Assembly (NCBI RefSeq): GCF_009914755.1
Contig: NC_060925.1
Source of the DNA: the human T2T-CHM13v2.0 reference genome, Homo sapiens
Length of the DNA: 64,000 bases
Strand: one strand, 5' to 3'
Under the pieces are notes generated by a model that saw nothing but the letters and a program-made list of their open reading frames with translations, was not told the DNA's origin and ran no database searches. Every line of letters begins with the position of its first letter. The first letter of the stretch is position 1. A program made the translations under genes and the position numbers. This document shows, piece by piece, positions 1 to 12,788 of the stretch.

Positions 1-2255
1 TGTGGTGCTGAGAAGAATGTATATTCTGTTGATCTGGGGCGTAGAGTTCTGCAGATGTCTATTAAGTCCGCTTGGTCCAGCGCTGAGATCAAGTTCTGGA
101 TATCCTTGTTAATTTTCTGTCTCATTGATCTGTCTAATATTGACAGTGGGGTATTAAAGTCTCCCACTATTACAGTGTGGGAGTCTAAGTCCCTTTGTAG
201 GTCTCTAAGAACTTGCTTTATGAATCTGGGTGCTCCTATATTGGGTGCATATACATTTAGGATAGTTAGTTCTTATTGTTGCATTGATCCCTTTACCATT
301 ACGTGATGCCCTTCTTTGTCTCTTTTGATCTTTGTTGGTTTAAAGTCTGTTTTGTTAGAGATTAGGATTTCAACTCCTGTTTTTTTTGTTTTTTGTTTTT
401 TTGCTTTCCATTTGCTTGGTAAACATTCCTCCATCCCTTTATTTTGAGCCTATGTGTGTCTTTGCACATGAGATGAGTCTCCTGAATACAGCACACTGAT
501 GGGTCTCGACTCTTTATCCAATTTGCCAGTCTGTGTCTTTTAATTGGGGCACTTAGCCCATTTACATTTAAGGTTAATATCGTTATGTGTGAATTTGATC
601 TGCCATTATGATGCTAGCTGGTTATTTTGCCCGTTAGTTGATGCAGTTTTTTCATAGTGTCGATGGTCTTTACATTTTGGCATGATTTTGCAGTGGCTGG
701 TACCAGTAGTTCCTTTCCATGTTTAGTGCTTCCTTCAGGAGCTCTTGTAAGGCAGGCCTGGTGGTGACAAAACCTCTCAGCATTTGCTTGTCTGTAACGG
801 ATTTTATTTCTCCTTCGCTTATGAAGCTTAGTTTGGCTGGATATGAAATTCTGGGTAGAAAATTCTTTTCTTTAAGAATGTTGAATATTGGCCCCTACTC
901 TCTTCTGGCTTGTAGGGTTTCTGCAGAGAGATCTGCTGTTAGTCTAATGGGCTTCCCTTTGTGGGTAACTCGACCTTTCTCTCTGGCTGCCCTTAACATG
1001 TTTTCCTTCATTTCAACCTTGGTGAATGTAATGATTATGTGTCTTGGAGTTGCTCTTCTCGAGGAGTGTCTTTGTGGTGTTCTCTGTATTTCCTGAATTT
1101 GAATGTTGGCCTGTCTTGCTAGGTTGGGGAAGTTCTCCTGGATAATATCCTGAAGAGTGTTTTCCAACTGGGTTCCATTCTCCTCATCACTTTCAGAAAC
1201 ACCAATCAAACCTGGATTTGGTCTTTTCACATAGTACCATATTTCTTGGGGGCTTTGTGCATTTCTTTTCACTCTTTTTTCTCTAATCTTGTCTTTTTGC
1301 TTTATTTCATTGAGTTCATCTTCAATCTCTGATATTCTTTTTTCCGCTTGATCGATTTGGCTATTGATACTGGTGTATGCTTCACGAAGTTCTCATGCTG
1401 TGTTTTTCAGCTCCATCAGGTCACTTATGTTCTTTTCTAAACTGGTTATTCTAGTTAACAATTCATCTAACCTTTTTTCAAGGTTCTTAGCTTCCTTGAA
1501 TTGGGTTAGAACATGCTCCTTTAACTTGGAGGAGTTTGTTACTACCTACTTCTGAAGACTACTTCTGTCAATTCATCACTCATTCTCCATCCAGTTTTGT
1601 TCCCTTGCTGGCGAGGAGTTGTGATCCTTCGCAGGAGAAGAGGTTTTCTAGTTTTTAGAACTTTCAGCCTTTTTGTGCTGGTTTCTCCCCATCTTCATGA
1701 ATTTATCTACCTTTGGTCTTTGATGTTGGTAACCTTCAGATGGCGTCTCTGAGTGGATGCCCTTTTTGTTGATGTTGATACACTCCCTTTCTGTTTGTTA
1801 GTTTTCCTTCTAACAGTCAGGCCCCTCTGCTGCAGGTCTGTTGGAGCTTGTTGGAGGTCCACTCCAGACCCTGTTTGCCTGGGTATTACCAGCGGAGGCT
1901 GAAGAACAGCAAAGACTGCTGCCTGTTCCTTCCTCTGGAAACTTTGTCCCAGAGGGACACCCACCAGATGGCAGCTGGAGCTCTCCTGTATGAGGTGTCT
2001 GTCAGCCCCTACGGGGAGGTGTCTCCCAGTCAGAATGCACTGGGGTCAGGGACCCACCTGAGGAGGCAGTGTGTCCCTTATCATAGCTTGAAGGATGTGC
2101 TGGGAGATCTGCTGTTCTCTTCAGAGCTGTCAGGCAGAGACGTTTAAGTCTGCTGAAGCTGCTCCCACAGCCACCCCTTCACCCAAGTGTCTGTCCCAAG
2201 GACTTATAGATGCCTTTTTTTTCAGAGATGTCCAAAGAGGAGGAATCTAGAGAAT
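1..2255 (-). mobile_element. LINE-1 (older L1PA, ~L1PA7-8 class): partial 5'UTR, disrupted ORF1 (~1692-670) and start of ORF2 endonuclease (606 leftwards); runs off the window start
   Basis: ORF 895..1272(-) is L1 ORF1p (LENTLQDIIQENFPNLARQANIQIQEIQRTPQR). ORF1 starts ATG GGG AGA AAC CAG at 1692 with an early TAG and ends CATGCCAAAATGTAA at 670. The ORF2 start near 606 is frameshifted. Confidence 0.95.
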
Positions 2256-2289
2256 GCCATTGTCTTAAATAGCATTTTCAGGGTTGACA

Positions 2290-2690
2290 TTGTGCAGTAG
2301 CTGAAATTTAGGCAAAAGCTTAAAGGAGGTAAGGGAATTGGTCCTAAGCTATTTAGTGGAAGAATGTTCCAGACAGAGAAACATGTGCAAAGTCCCTAGG
2401 TAAAAGCCGCCTGGCATGTTCCAAGAACGAGGAAGAGATTGGCATAGCTGGAGGGGAGTGAGTGAGGGCCAGGGAAGTGGAACACGCAGGTGAAGAGGCA
2501 GCTGAGTAGCAGATCACCATGGAGGAAAGAGGGGCCCACTGCAGGGCTGTGAGGAGTGATGTGATCTGACCGATTATTTTACAGTGCCCTTCTAGCTGCC
2601 CTGTAGAAGGTCGAAGGAAGAACTGGGAAGGACCATTGTGGGCTGTTGGAACAATCCTGGCAAGAGACAATGGTGGCTCTGGCTGGCATG
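2290..2690 (-). mobile_element. L2 fragment
   Basis: L2-like text 'gaatgttccagacagagaaacatgtgcaaagtccctagg...ggcatgttccaagaac'. Confidence 0.7.
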
Positions 2691-2831
2691 GGAGGGTGTG
2701 GGAGGGGCTTACCTGATGCTCTGTGATGGTTTGTGTCTCTCTCATGAGGGTGTGTGCATTTCCTCAACACCTGGCAGCAGCGGAATGTTGGATCTATTTA
2801 AGATAAATATTAACAGCCTGATTATTATAGG

Positions 2832-3896
2832 TGTTATGTTATTATTCCAACAATAACCAGTACCCTAATTCTCTTATTCCAGCTCAGTGTCCAACAATTC
2901 TGTCCAGTTCTGACACTAGCCGGAGTTAGCGCTGACCCCAGGGGTTAAGGGCTCAGTTCCCCAAGACCACCTCCACTTCAGATGCAGGCCAGAAATGGGG
3001 TCCTCAGGCTATTTACACTTCTGCCTAGCTCACTAAAAATGTGAGGGTTGGTAGTTTGTTTCAAACTATGACTCCATCACTCCTGTCCCCAGGTTTGAGA
3101 ATTTTCTAGAATGGCTCATTCCTCAGGAAAGCGCTTTACTTACAGTCACAGTTTATCTTAAAGGATGCAGTTTAAGAGCAGCCAAATGGAAGAGATGTAC
3201 AGGGTAAGGGGTGGGGTGGGGATGGAGGTTCCCTGTCTTCTCTGGGGGCACTAGCACCTCAATGTATTCACCATCCTGGAAGCTCAGCCTCGCTGTTTCA
3301 GGAGTTTTACTGAAGTTTCATTACATAGGCATGATTGATGGCAATTGGTGGTGATTGGACTCAATCTCCAGCCCTTGTCCCCTCCCTGCAGATCAGGGGG
3401 TAGGGCTGAGAGTTCAGCCCTCTATTCATGTGGTCGGTTGCCCTGGCCACCAGCTCCCATCTAGAAGCTATGTAAGGGCCATCTAGTCACCTCTTAGCAT
3501 TAACTCAGGTAAGATCAAAAGGGGCTGTTTATGAATAATGGAAGAAACTCCTATCACTCAGGAAATTCCAAGAATTTCAGGTGCCTTTTTGCCAGGAATC
3601 AAGGGCAAAGACCAAATAGATAAACATTTTGACCCTAACTTTTGAGACAGGGTCATGTCAGAGCTCAAGCGATCCTCCTGCTTCAGCCTCCCAAGTAGCT
3701 GGGACTAAGGTGCATGCACTCATACCCAGGTAATTTTTTTTTCATTTTTTGTAGAGATGGGGTCTCCCTTTGTTGTCCAGCCTGGTCTTAAATTCCTGGC
3801 ATCAAGGGTTCCTCCAGCATCAGCTTCCCAAACTGTTACAATTACAGGTGTGAGCCACTGCATCTGGCCCAAATATATATTTTTGATGATAACACA
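2832..3896. mobile_element. MER21-family LTR interrupted by an Alu
   Basis: TG...CA ends; 'tctgacacta...ggttaagggctcagttccccaagac' and 'actcaggaaattccaag...gaccaaata' resemble MER21 consensus. Confidence 0.7.
3640..3870 (-). mobile_element. Diverged, internally deleted Alu (AluJ-like)
   Basis: 'ctcaagcgatcctcctgcttcagcctcccaagtagctggg' ... 'gtgagccactgcatctggcc'. Confidence 0.85.
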
Positions 3897-4952
3897 ATGG
3901 GAGTATCAAAAATTCAGATGGGAGAGCAGAGTCCATTGTTCAGAAGAACAGCAGATCAGTGAAGTCCAAGTGTCTGAAAACCAACCCAGGCAGGGAAGAG
4001 TAGGTGGGCAGTTGGAGGGCCAAGAAAACTAACAGCCTGATGTGGCTGATGAAGGACGGAAGTGGATGTGGGCTTTCAGCCATGAGCAGTTGGCAATAAC
4101 TTAGAAGTAGAGCCTGGGTGCGGAGAAGGAGCAAGTAGATTTGCAATTTTTCAACCTCTCCTAGGTTTCAGGAGTTCATGAGTGTAAATAAGTTCATGAA
4201 TGTCCAGGCATATTCACATGCATAGCTCCATGTCTCCAAATCTTCACTTGCTTGACAAGATCTTAATCCCATGTTTCTCTTGTCTCCTTAAATTCCTCCT
4301 CAGCTATTTCTGGGTGTCCTTGGAATGGTGATGTCTCAACATGGGCTTGGGAACACGTTTGCTCCTCTTCTTTCCACTTGAGTCCAGGGGCCTTGCCATG
4401 GCCTCTGCACTTGGTGCTCTTTGAAAGACATGATTCCTGTGCACCCAACAGACCCCTATGAAACAGGAATAAAAATGTCTCATAGGATGTCAGTGAAGAT
4501 TCAATAAGATGGTGTTTATAAAGCACTGAGATTAAATAAGAATGTTTGATTCCTACTAAAAGCTCAATTAATGGCTGGGGTTATTATTATTACTGTTCTT
4601 ATTGTTAGGCATGGTTTTGAATTCCTCACCATCCTAATTGCCACTTAAAATGAACAACTGTCTTTGTGGATACAATTTCAGAGGCAGCATGGGGACTAAC
4701 TTTTCCAGAACATGAACCTAGTGCCTCCTACAGTGGTAGAAATTAAAATCCTGTGTGAAAACACGAATATGCTTGGGAGAGTTACTGATTGCCAAGAAAG
4801 CTCTTTAGTTTCCTTTCTGTGTGAAGAAGCAAGCAGGGCTCAAGGGGCCCTACCAAGGCCATGGAGAATGGTAAGTGCTGCTCACAGCCACCCAGTCTGC
4901 GTTCTCCTTTCTAAAGGAGGTCTAAAGAGGTGGGAGTAAATCAGTTTAGTTT

Positions 4953-4956
<4 letters not shown>

Positions 4957-4987
<31 letters not shown>
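4957..4987. repeat. (CA)n microsatellite
   Basis: About 15 pure AC units. Confidence 0.95.
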
Positions 4988-4989
<2 letters not shown>

Positions 4990-5962
4990 AAAATATGCAA
5001 GACGGAATCCCAGGGCCACTTTGGGGTGAGACCTTCCCCATGAGCAGGAAGGATGTTGAGGAACTGGAGCAGAGCCCAGGCGGGAAGAAGAACCAACAAG
5101 GTCACGTGGCAGCTTGATCTGGCTGGGAACTGAGCTCTGCAGTGTGCTTGGGAATATAAACAATGGGGACAGAAAAGAAAAAAAAAAGATTTCATTAGAA
5201 ATGTAAAATCAACCAGGAGGGCAGCTCTGTCCTGCTGGGGCATAAAGCCATGGTGGAGGCCCAGGAAAGTTCTGTTGATGGAAAACAGTATCTGGGCATT
5301 TGGCAGCAACAGATGACTTAGATATGTTCCCTTGATTTCAGTACTCTCACTTTTATATTGAAATTATGTTATTTGATTTCTCAGCACCTGGTAGAGTGCC
5401 TGCACAAGGACTGTGCAGTTAGCATTTGCTGAACTTCACAGAATTGGGGATGGGGTGGAGAAAAGAGCAGAGCCCATCACGAGAGGGAGGTAAAGTTGAG
5501 ATAAAGAAGTTTGAGATGCTCTAGACACCCTTTGCGTACTTCACCTTTTTTTCTGGCATTAGCCTTGAGCATTAAGATGCAAAGTAAAAGCGAAGGAAAA
5601 GGAAGAGGCCTGGAGTGAGGATAGTGCATGGAGCTCATCCTCATGAAATTCTTCTCTGGTTGCTGTTCCCATGAGGTTATGCGATGCCTGAGCCCAGGAA
5701 CTGTGCTCCTGGGTCCTGATACCAGTGCCCAGCCCATAGCAGGGGATCCCCATTTTATGATAAGAATAAATGAGCACCTCCCAGATCGGTGACTTGCTCC
5801 ACCCCACAATAACCCCGGGAGGAGGGTGTGGTCAGTCCAGCTGTACAGGTGAGAAAGTGAGCTGGGAGCTGTGACTTATCCACACCCTCTCAGCAGCAGT
5901 TGTGACAGCTGGGGTCACACAGTTGATTCACTGCCATAGGGGAAAAGTGGAGGAGGGAGAGG

Positions 5963-6050
5963 GGCAGAGAGCGAAGAACAACTCAGGAAAATGAAGGAAA
6001 AGCAGAGGCAGAGAGCGAAGAACAACTCAGGAAAATGAAGGAAAAGCAGA
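5963..6050. repeat. Perfect 44-bp tandem duplication
   Basis: ggcagagagcgaagaacaactcaggaaaatgaaggaaaagcaga at 5963-6006 and 6007-6050. Confidence 0.95.
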
Positions 6051-6189
6051 GGAGAAATTAACTGACTGGAAAAATGACAATAGTTGGAAGACAGACGAAA
6101 AAGGGACGAGTGCATCAGAGTGTATTTTGGCACTTATTACTCTATCTCCTTTTTATACTACTTCGCTTTTTCAACTTAATAGTTAAGGC

Positions 6190-6730
6190 ACGTCGGTCTA
6201 GTCTTCCCCGAAGGGAGCTTGCCAGGCTCTGCGACAGGCTTGGAAGTTGGAGCCCGGGCCCTGGGTTCTCTCAGCTTCCAGCTCAGGAGGCGGAGTGGGA
6301 GGAGCGGGCCTGGCGGCCGTGGGGGCGGGGCTGCTCCACTAACGGTTACTGGTCGCTGCTGCCGCCGCGCTCCTCCCCCGGCTGCGGCAGAGGCGCGCGC
6401 CTGCGTCCTGAGGATCCCGCCCTTGGGCCGCCGGGAACCTCGCAGAGCGGCGGGGTGGCCCTGGCGAGGCGCGGGTGTTGGGGGTTCGCTCGAGCCTCAC
6501 GACGCCCGCGACTGGGGACTCGGAACCTGGGCCAGGCTGGGACGAGGCCGCGCGGGAGGGCGCGCTGGGCGGACGCTGGGGCCGCGGAGCCCAACCGCCC
6601 TTGTCCTGGACGCCCCTTGGCGGTCCGCACTGGCGGGTGCCCTCTCCCGAGGGGAACTGAGGCGGGGCGCCTGCCACCATTCGTGATTTTCCGTGACTCA
6701 CCCTCTCAACAGTGTCCCGTCAGCCCCCGC
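6190..6730. promoter_or_regulatory. CpG island, probable bidirectional (lncRNA) promoter
   Basis: Abrupt high-GC, CpG-dense segment in an AT-rich window. GC boxes at 6322-6331 and ~6659-6668, NRF1-like GCGCCTGCG ~6397-6405, MYB-type TAACGGTTA 6340-6348, TGACTCA 6694-6700, minus-strand donor AGG|GTGAGT at 6702/6701. Confidence 0.85.
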
Positions 6731-7679
6731 TTTCTGGAATTAAGATGATTTTCCATGGGCATTATAGTCAGAGGAGGTTTTCTGTGAGACATCTGGGAAA
6801 GGTGACTCAATGATCACTCATATTGTTCTATGATGTTATACATTTAACCGGAATACTGGTGAACAGCTTTTATATCTTGGAATTTTTTCCCATTTTTGAA
6901 TCAGAAATTTAGGACCAAGAATCTTCTGTCACAGAACCTATTACTTTGAGGAGTGAACTTATATTAACGGTGCTAAACCGTACATGAACGACTTGGTAGA
7001 TGAAAACTTTGGAAAATAGGAACATTTCATGTCATCACATGTATCCTCCAGCATTGGGGAAAATTCAACAGTTGCCTTAAGGCGGGAGTTTAATTGAGGA
7101 CATTTACTAAAAAGTTACTTATTCTGTTTGAAATTCTCTTCTGATAAACATCTTCCCGGGATAACGAACATCTCCAGGATGTGAGAGCCAAGCGCGTGTC
7201 CGCGGAGTGCTTGAGCAACGCAGAATGGCTTCGGTGCTGCGTTCCTTAGACCCCGTGCGGACCCTGCTGAGCCCTCAGCATCTGTGAGTGAGTCCCTCCG
7301 CGTCACCTTGGCCTCCCGTGTAGCTAGATCAGTCTTCCGACCCCTTGTTCTACTTGCACAGATTTCTGATTAACCTCTTCTGCTCCTCCAGAGATGAGTC
7401 AGGGCTCCGTATCAGCTCCCCAAGGCATTTGCTGGCTTCTGACATTTACTTGGAGGACTTTGGGCTGCGAAAGGGCAAAGTTTGCCGTTCTCATCTCTTT
7501 TTTTGGTGCCTGCCCCCGGGTCTTGACCTTTCTCTGGAGTCTTCTCTCCTGGTTCTTTACCCACCTCTTTGGTTTCTCCTGTGGTTCTTTGTCAAGGTGT
7601 CCCCTAGATGTCACACTCTGAGGCTCAGTTGTGGCTGAGTCTTGCATTGCAAGTGTTTTTGCAGGTGTCTCTGCGAAGC

Positions 7680-8340
7680 GTGGATATGGGATGGTGAAAG
7701 TGGCAGTGTGCACAGAGTGTTTGGGATTAGATGGGCAGGTGGAAGGGCGTCTAGGTAGGACCCCTTTGTCCTGGTGTGAGGTAATGAGGTTCTAGAGTGT
7801 GCTGTCAAGGTGAAACTAAAAGGAAAGGATAGACAGGAGACTTTGTGAAAGACGAAATTATGGTAGTTTGGTAACAAATGGATGCAGGGACTGGTGGGTG
7901 GGTGTAGAAGAAGGCAGAAAATCTTGCCAAGGACATTGCAAGTCCTGAATCAGACCAGGAAAATTAAGGTTCAATTAACAGAAATAAGTCCAGAGGGGGA
8001 GCTAATTTTGGAGGAAGTGTGGTGATAAATTTGCTTTTCTATGTGGTCCAGCTGGTGGAGAGACATCAAGAAGCACTTAGAGAAATACAGGAAATAGAGA
8101 GGTGGGTGACCTAAGTCCTACTTCCTATCCTGTCTATGTATATATAACAAAGGCCAAATGAATTCATGTGTTGAGGTCTGCTTTCCTATTTCTAATAGCA
8201 ATGGCATAAAATGAATTCTAGCCAATTCTAAAGTCACTAGTAGATAGTAATATTCACGAAGTAGCCACAAATCCAGGGCTCTAACTCAAGGGAGAGAGAT
8301 CGGGACTGGAGATAGAATTTTCACAAGTAACTGATGCATG
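7680..8340 (-). mobile_element. L2 fragments
   Basis: Degenerate L2-like purine-rich text ('tggtaacaaatggatg', 'gagagatcgggactggagatagaattt'). Confidence 0.5.
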
Positions 8341-8479
8341 GCACTTTTCTGTATTTTGGTAAATGTATTGAGAAGATGATTGCAGTTAAGTAGCTAACTG
8401 TTCCAGATACTATCCGAGGCGTGAATGATTTGTCCTGGAGTAGGTGTGCTGTGTCACTGTAGCATATCTACTACAACAG

Positions 8480-8640
8480 ACATGATATGTTTCCATACAT
8501 TATCTCATTTAACACTCAGAAGAACTTCAGGAGTAGTTATTACTAGTCCATTTTGCAGAAGCTTACAGATAAGATTCAGAGATGAAGCATCAGGTCTATC
8601 TGATTTAAACCCAGGTCTATCTGATTTCAAAGTCGATGGA
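8480..8640 (-). mobile_element. MIR fragment
   Basis: 'catacattatctcatttaa...ttattactagtccattttgcaga...aaacccaggtctatctga'. Confidence 0.65.
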
Positions 8641-9869
8641 CTTTTTGTTATTTCATACCATAATCTGTCAGGGTGTGAGTGGGGGATAAAAGAAAGTTAA
8701 ACAAAACTCTTGGAAACAGAGAGGAAGGGCTTAAACCATTAAAATTAACTTCAGAAGTCAAGAATGAAGCTCGGGCAGAAAACAAGTAGAGGGCACAGTT
8801 CTGTCCCGATTTACAGAGGATGGGTTTGCGACCTTTCTGATGCATTAACTTAGTAATGCTAAGGTGTGCCATCCAAAACGATCACCTGTATATAAGCCAC
8901 TCTTTCACAGAGGTGGGTTTTTCTTTTCTTTTTTAATTCCCATGCTGCTCAAAACCTTTTAGATTTGAATTATTGGGAAGAATATCTCAGGGTAGGCAGG
9001 AAGCCAAAGGGGTTGAGAGCTGCTTGTCACTTGCTGGTTTTGCTTGGTATGGGCTCGGTCAGCAGTAGGGACTTCCTTAGTCCTCAGTCTTTCTAGGTTA
9101 ACTACCACCCTCTTGGTCCTTGTTTCTGTTTTGCTTTTCCTGGCTTGGACATGGAATTTGTAAGTGCCACACATTATTTCCTGTCCCATGACCATACTTA
9201 AGCTATAAATTATAGTTTTGTTTCTTCCTGATCCTTTTCCTTCAACACCAAATGTGTTTGTGCCTCAAACCAGGAAGTTGGAAATGTTATTTAACTTTCC
9301 TGCATTTTAATTGGTCACAAATCTCTCCCCTTACACACACGCCCCCAACTTTTGAGGAGTCTTGAGAATCTCCTTAACGTCCTTGACAGTTGATCAATGA
9401 AAGACATGTAGGGAGATCCAGATTGCAATGAATATTGTATTATTTGCTTAAGAATTTGAAGAGTTATTGCTTCGTAGTAAATGAAGATGAGCATATTGAG
9501 GTTTATAAGGGAGGCTGAGGTTCACTTGGCCAGAGATTCAGATGTTCACTTTATTTTATTATCATCCTTTTTAAAAAACAAAATAGACTGACATGGGCAA
9601 CTTTCTCAAGATTTCATATGGCACATTGCATGTAGGGATAAACAGTACCAACATTACTTTGCTTGGAGTGCTTTAGGATCCAGGAATGGGGAAGCCTAAG
9701 CAAAACCCCCAAATCTTGGCAAGCTCAGGAGGAGGGAGCAGATAGCACTGCTGGGGTGATCTGTGCTGCTTGAATGCTCTTTTGGAGAATCACTTCCCTG
9801 TAGATAGGCCACAGATTACAGTTTACCAAAAGCATTGACTGTCAGACCCACATAGCTGGTTTCCATTAA

Positions 9870-10244
<375 letters not shown>

Positions 10245-10389
10245 TAAACGTGGAAACTTCTTCCTGCATTACACAGTTCTTTTCTCACCCTCTTCCTGCC
10301 TCCCTTCCTTTCACTATACCTTAGCTATACTGAATTGGACATATAATTCTTAGCTCATGCATGGCTTTCTTTTAATAATTAGCTAAACA

Positions 10390-10960
10390 ATAGCATGGTC
10401 ATATATGATGATATCACCCAACCAGAGAATAACAACATTGTCCGTATTTACCTCTGTACATTTTCTCTGCAGCCTGTATGCCTGTCTCTCTTACCTCTTT
10501 GTGCTGATTGTTCTGTTGCCTTTTTTGTAGTTTTCATAGTTTCGTCAGTGTGCATGTATTTATACATTTATGTATGTATGTATATGTGTTGTTTGTGTAT
10601 ATATGTTCACATGTATGTGTAGCCTAAATATAGCACCTAAACAATATTCTATTTACTTTTAGTCATTTATGAACTTCATAAGAAGCTTATTATTCTGTAT
10701 AGAGCAACTTGGAGCTAGCTTATTTCACTCAGTAGTATGTTATTAATATCCAACTGTGTGTACAGTTTAATTTGTTTTTCCTTGCTGCCTATTATTCCAC
10801 TTGATTATGTCACATAATTTGGGTCGTTTGTAAATTTTTGTTGTGAGCAACAGTCCTCATATGAATCTTCTTATACATGTTTGTGAAGCACCGGTGCAAG
10901 GCATCAACTAGTTCTAAGAGGCTTGCTTTAAAATTTAGTGGGAATATGTACATGAAAATG
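10390..10960 (-). mobile_element. Ancient L1M fragment
   Basis: 'cttatttcactcagtagtatgtt', 'gcctattattccac' resemble L1M 3' sequence. Confidence 0.55.
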
Positions 10961-10966
10961 AGAACT

Positions 10967-11760
<794 letters not shown>

Positions 11761-12430
11761 GCCCATAGGAACACACAGGAATGGACACTGATGGGGAGAA
11801 GGCTGATCTGGCTTATTGACCATAGTTTTCAAAAAAGGCACTCGATTGCCTGCTCCTGTGCATCACAGTGACACCTGTGGTACCCTGCCTTTATGTGAAA
11901 CGGAAAAATCTCCAAAGGAAAGCAGACATCAAGGTCTTTTTCTGGAAAGTCATTTCAGGGAAGTTATAGACCAAAGCAGCTCAGAGATGGGAAGCCTCAT
12001 TTGTCCCTTTCTTCCACATTACTCCCCTTTTTAAATAGCCACCTCTGTGGCAGTGTATTCCAAAGTATACATCTAGTAATGCCTTCCTACAGGATGATCT
12101 TTGAAAATAAATTTAAAAAAAAGCTGCTAAAATGTGGGAAATACTATTTAGTATAATCCTTTCCAAGAAAGTTGCTATACATATTAATATGTTAAATGTC
12201 CTAAAAACTAAATTATTCCACCACTTTTTTTGTTCTCTAATATCTGTAGAGGTCTCAGAGAAAGCTCTGTTATGAGTGATATACTTTAGAAATGGAAAGA
12301 ATGGTTTGTTTATGTTAATTATCCTGATTCATCATTAAAATTTAAATTATGTTAAAAATGTGTATTTTTATCTATTTGTAATTATTTAAGAAAAAATCTT
12401 TGATCTTTCCATTAAAAATATTTTTGGACG

Positions 12431-12788
<358 letters not shown>

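Noticed and set aside
6074-6748. 224-aa ORF across the CpG island, plus overlapping ORFs on both strands
   Set aside because: Arg/Gly/Pro/Ala-rich with no recognisable domain; several frames are open because GC-rich DNA lacks stops. It would need Ribo-seq or conservation support.
8591-8627. 16-bp direct repeat caggtctatctgattt
   Set aside because: Small slippage duplication inside a MIR with no functional indication
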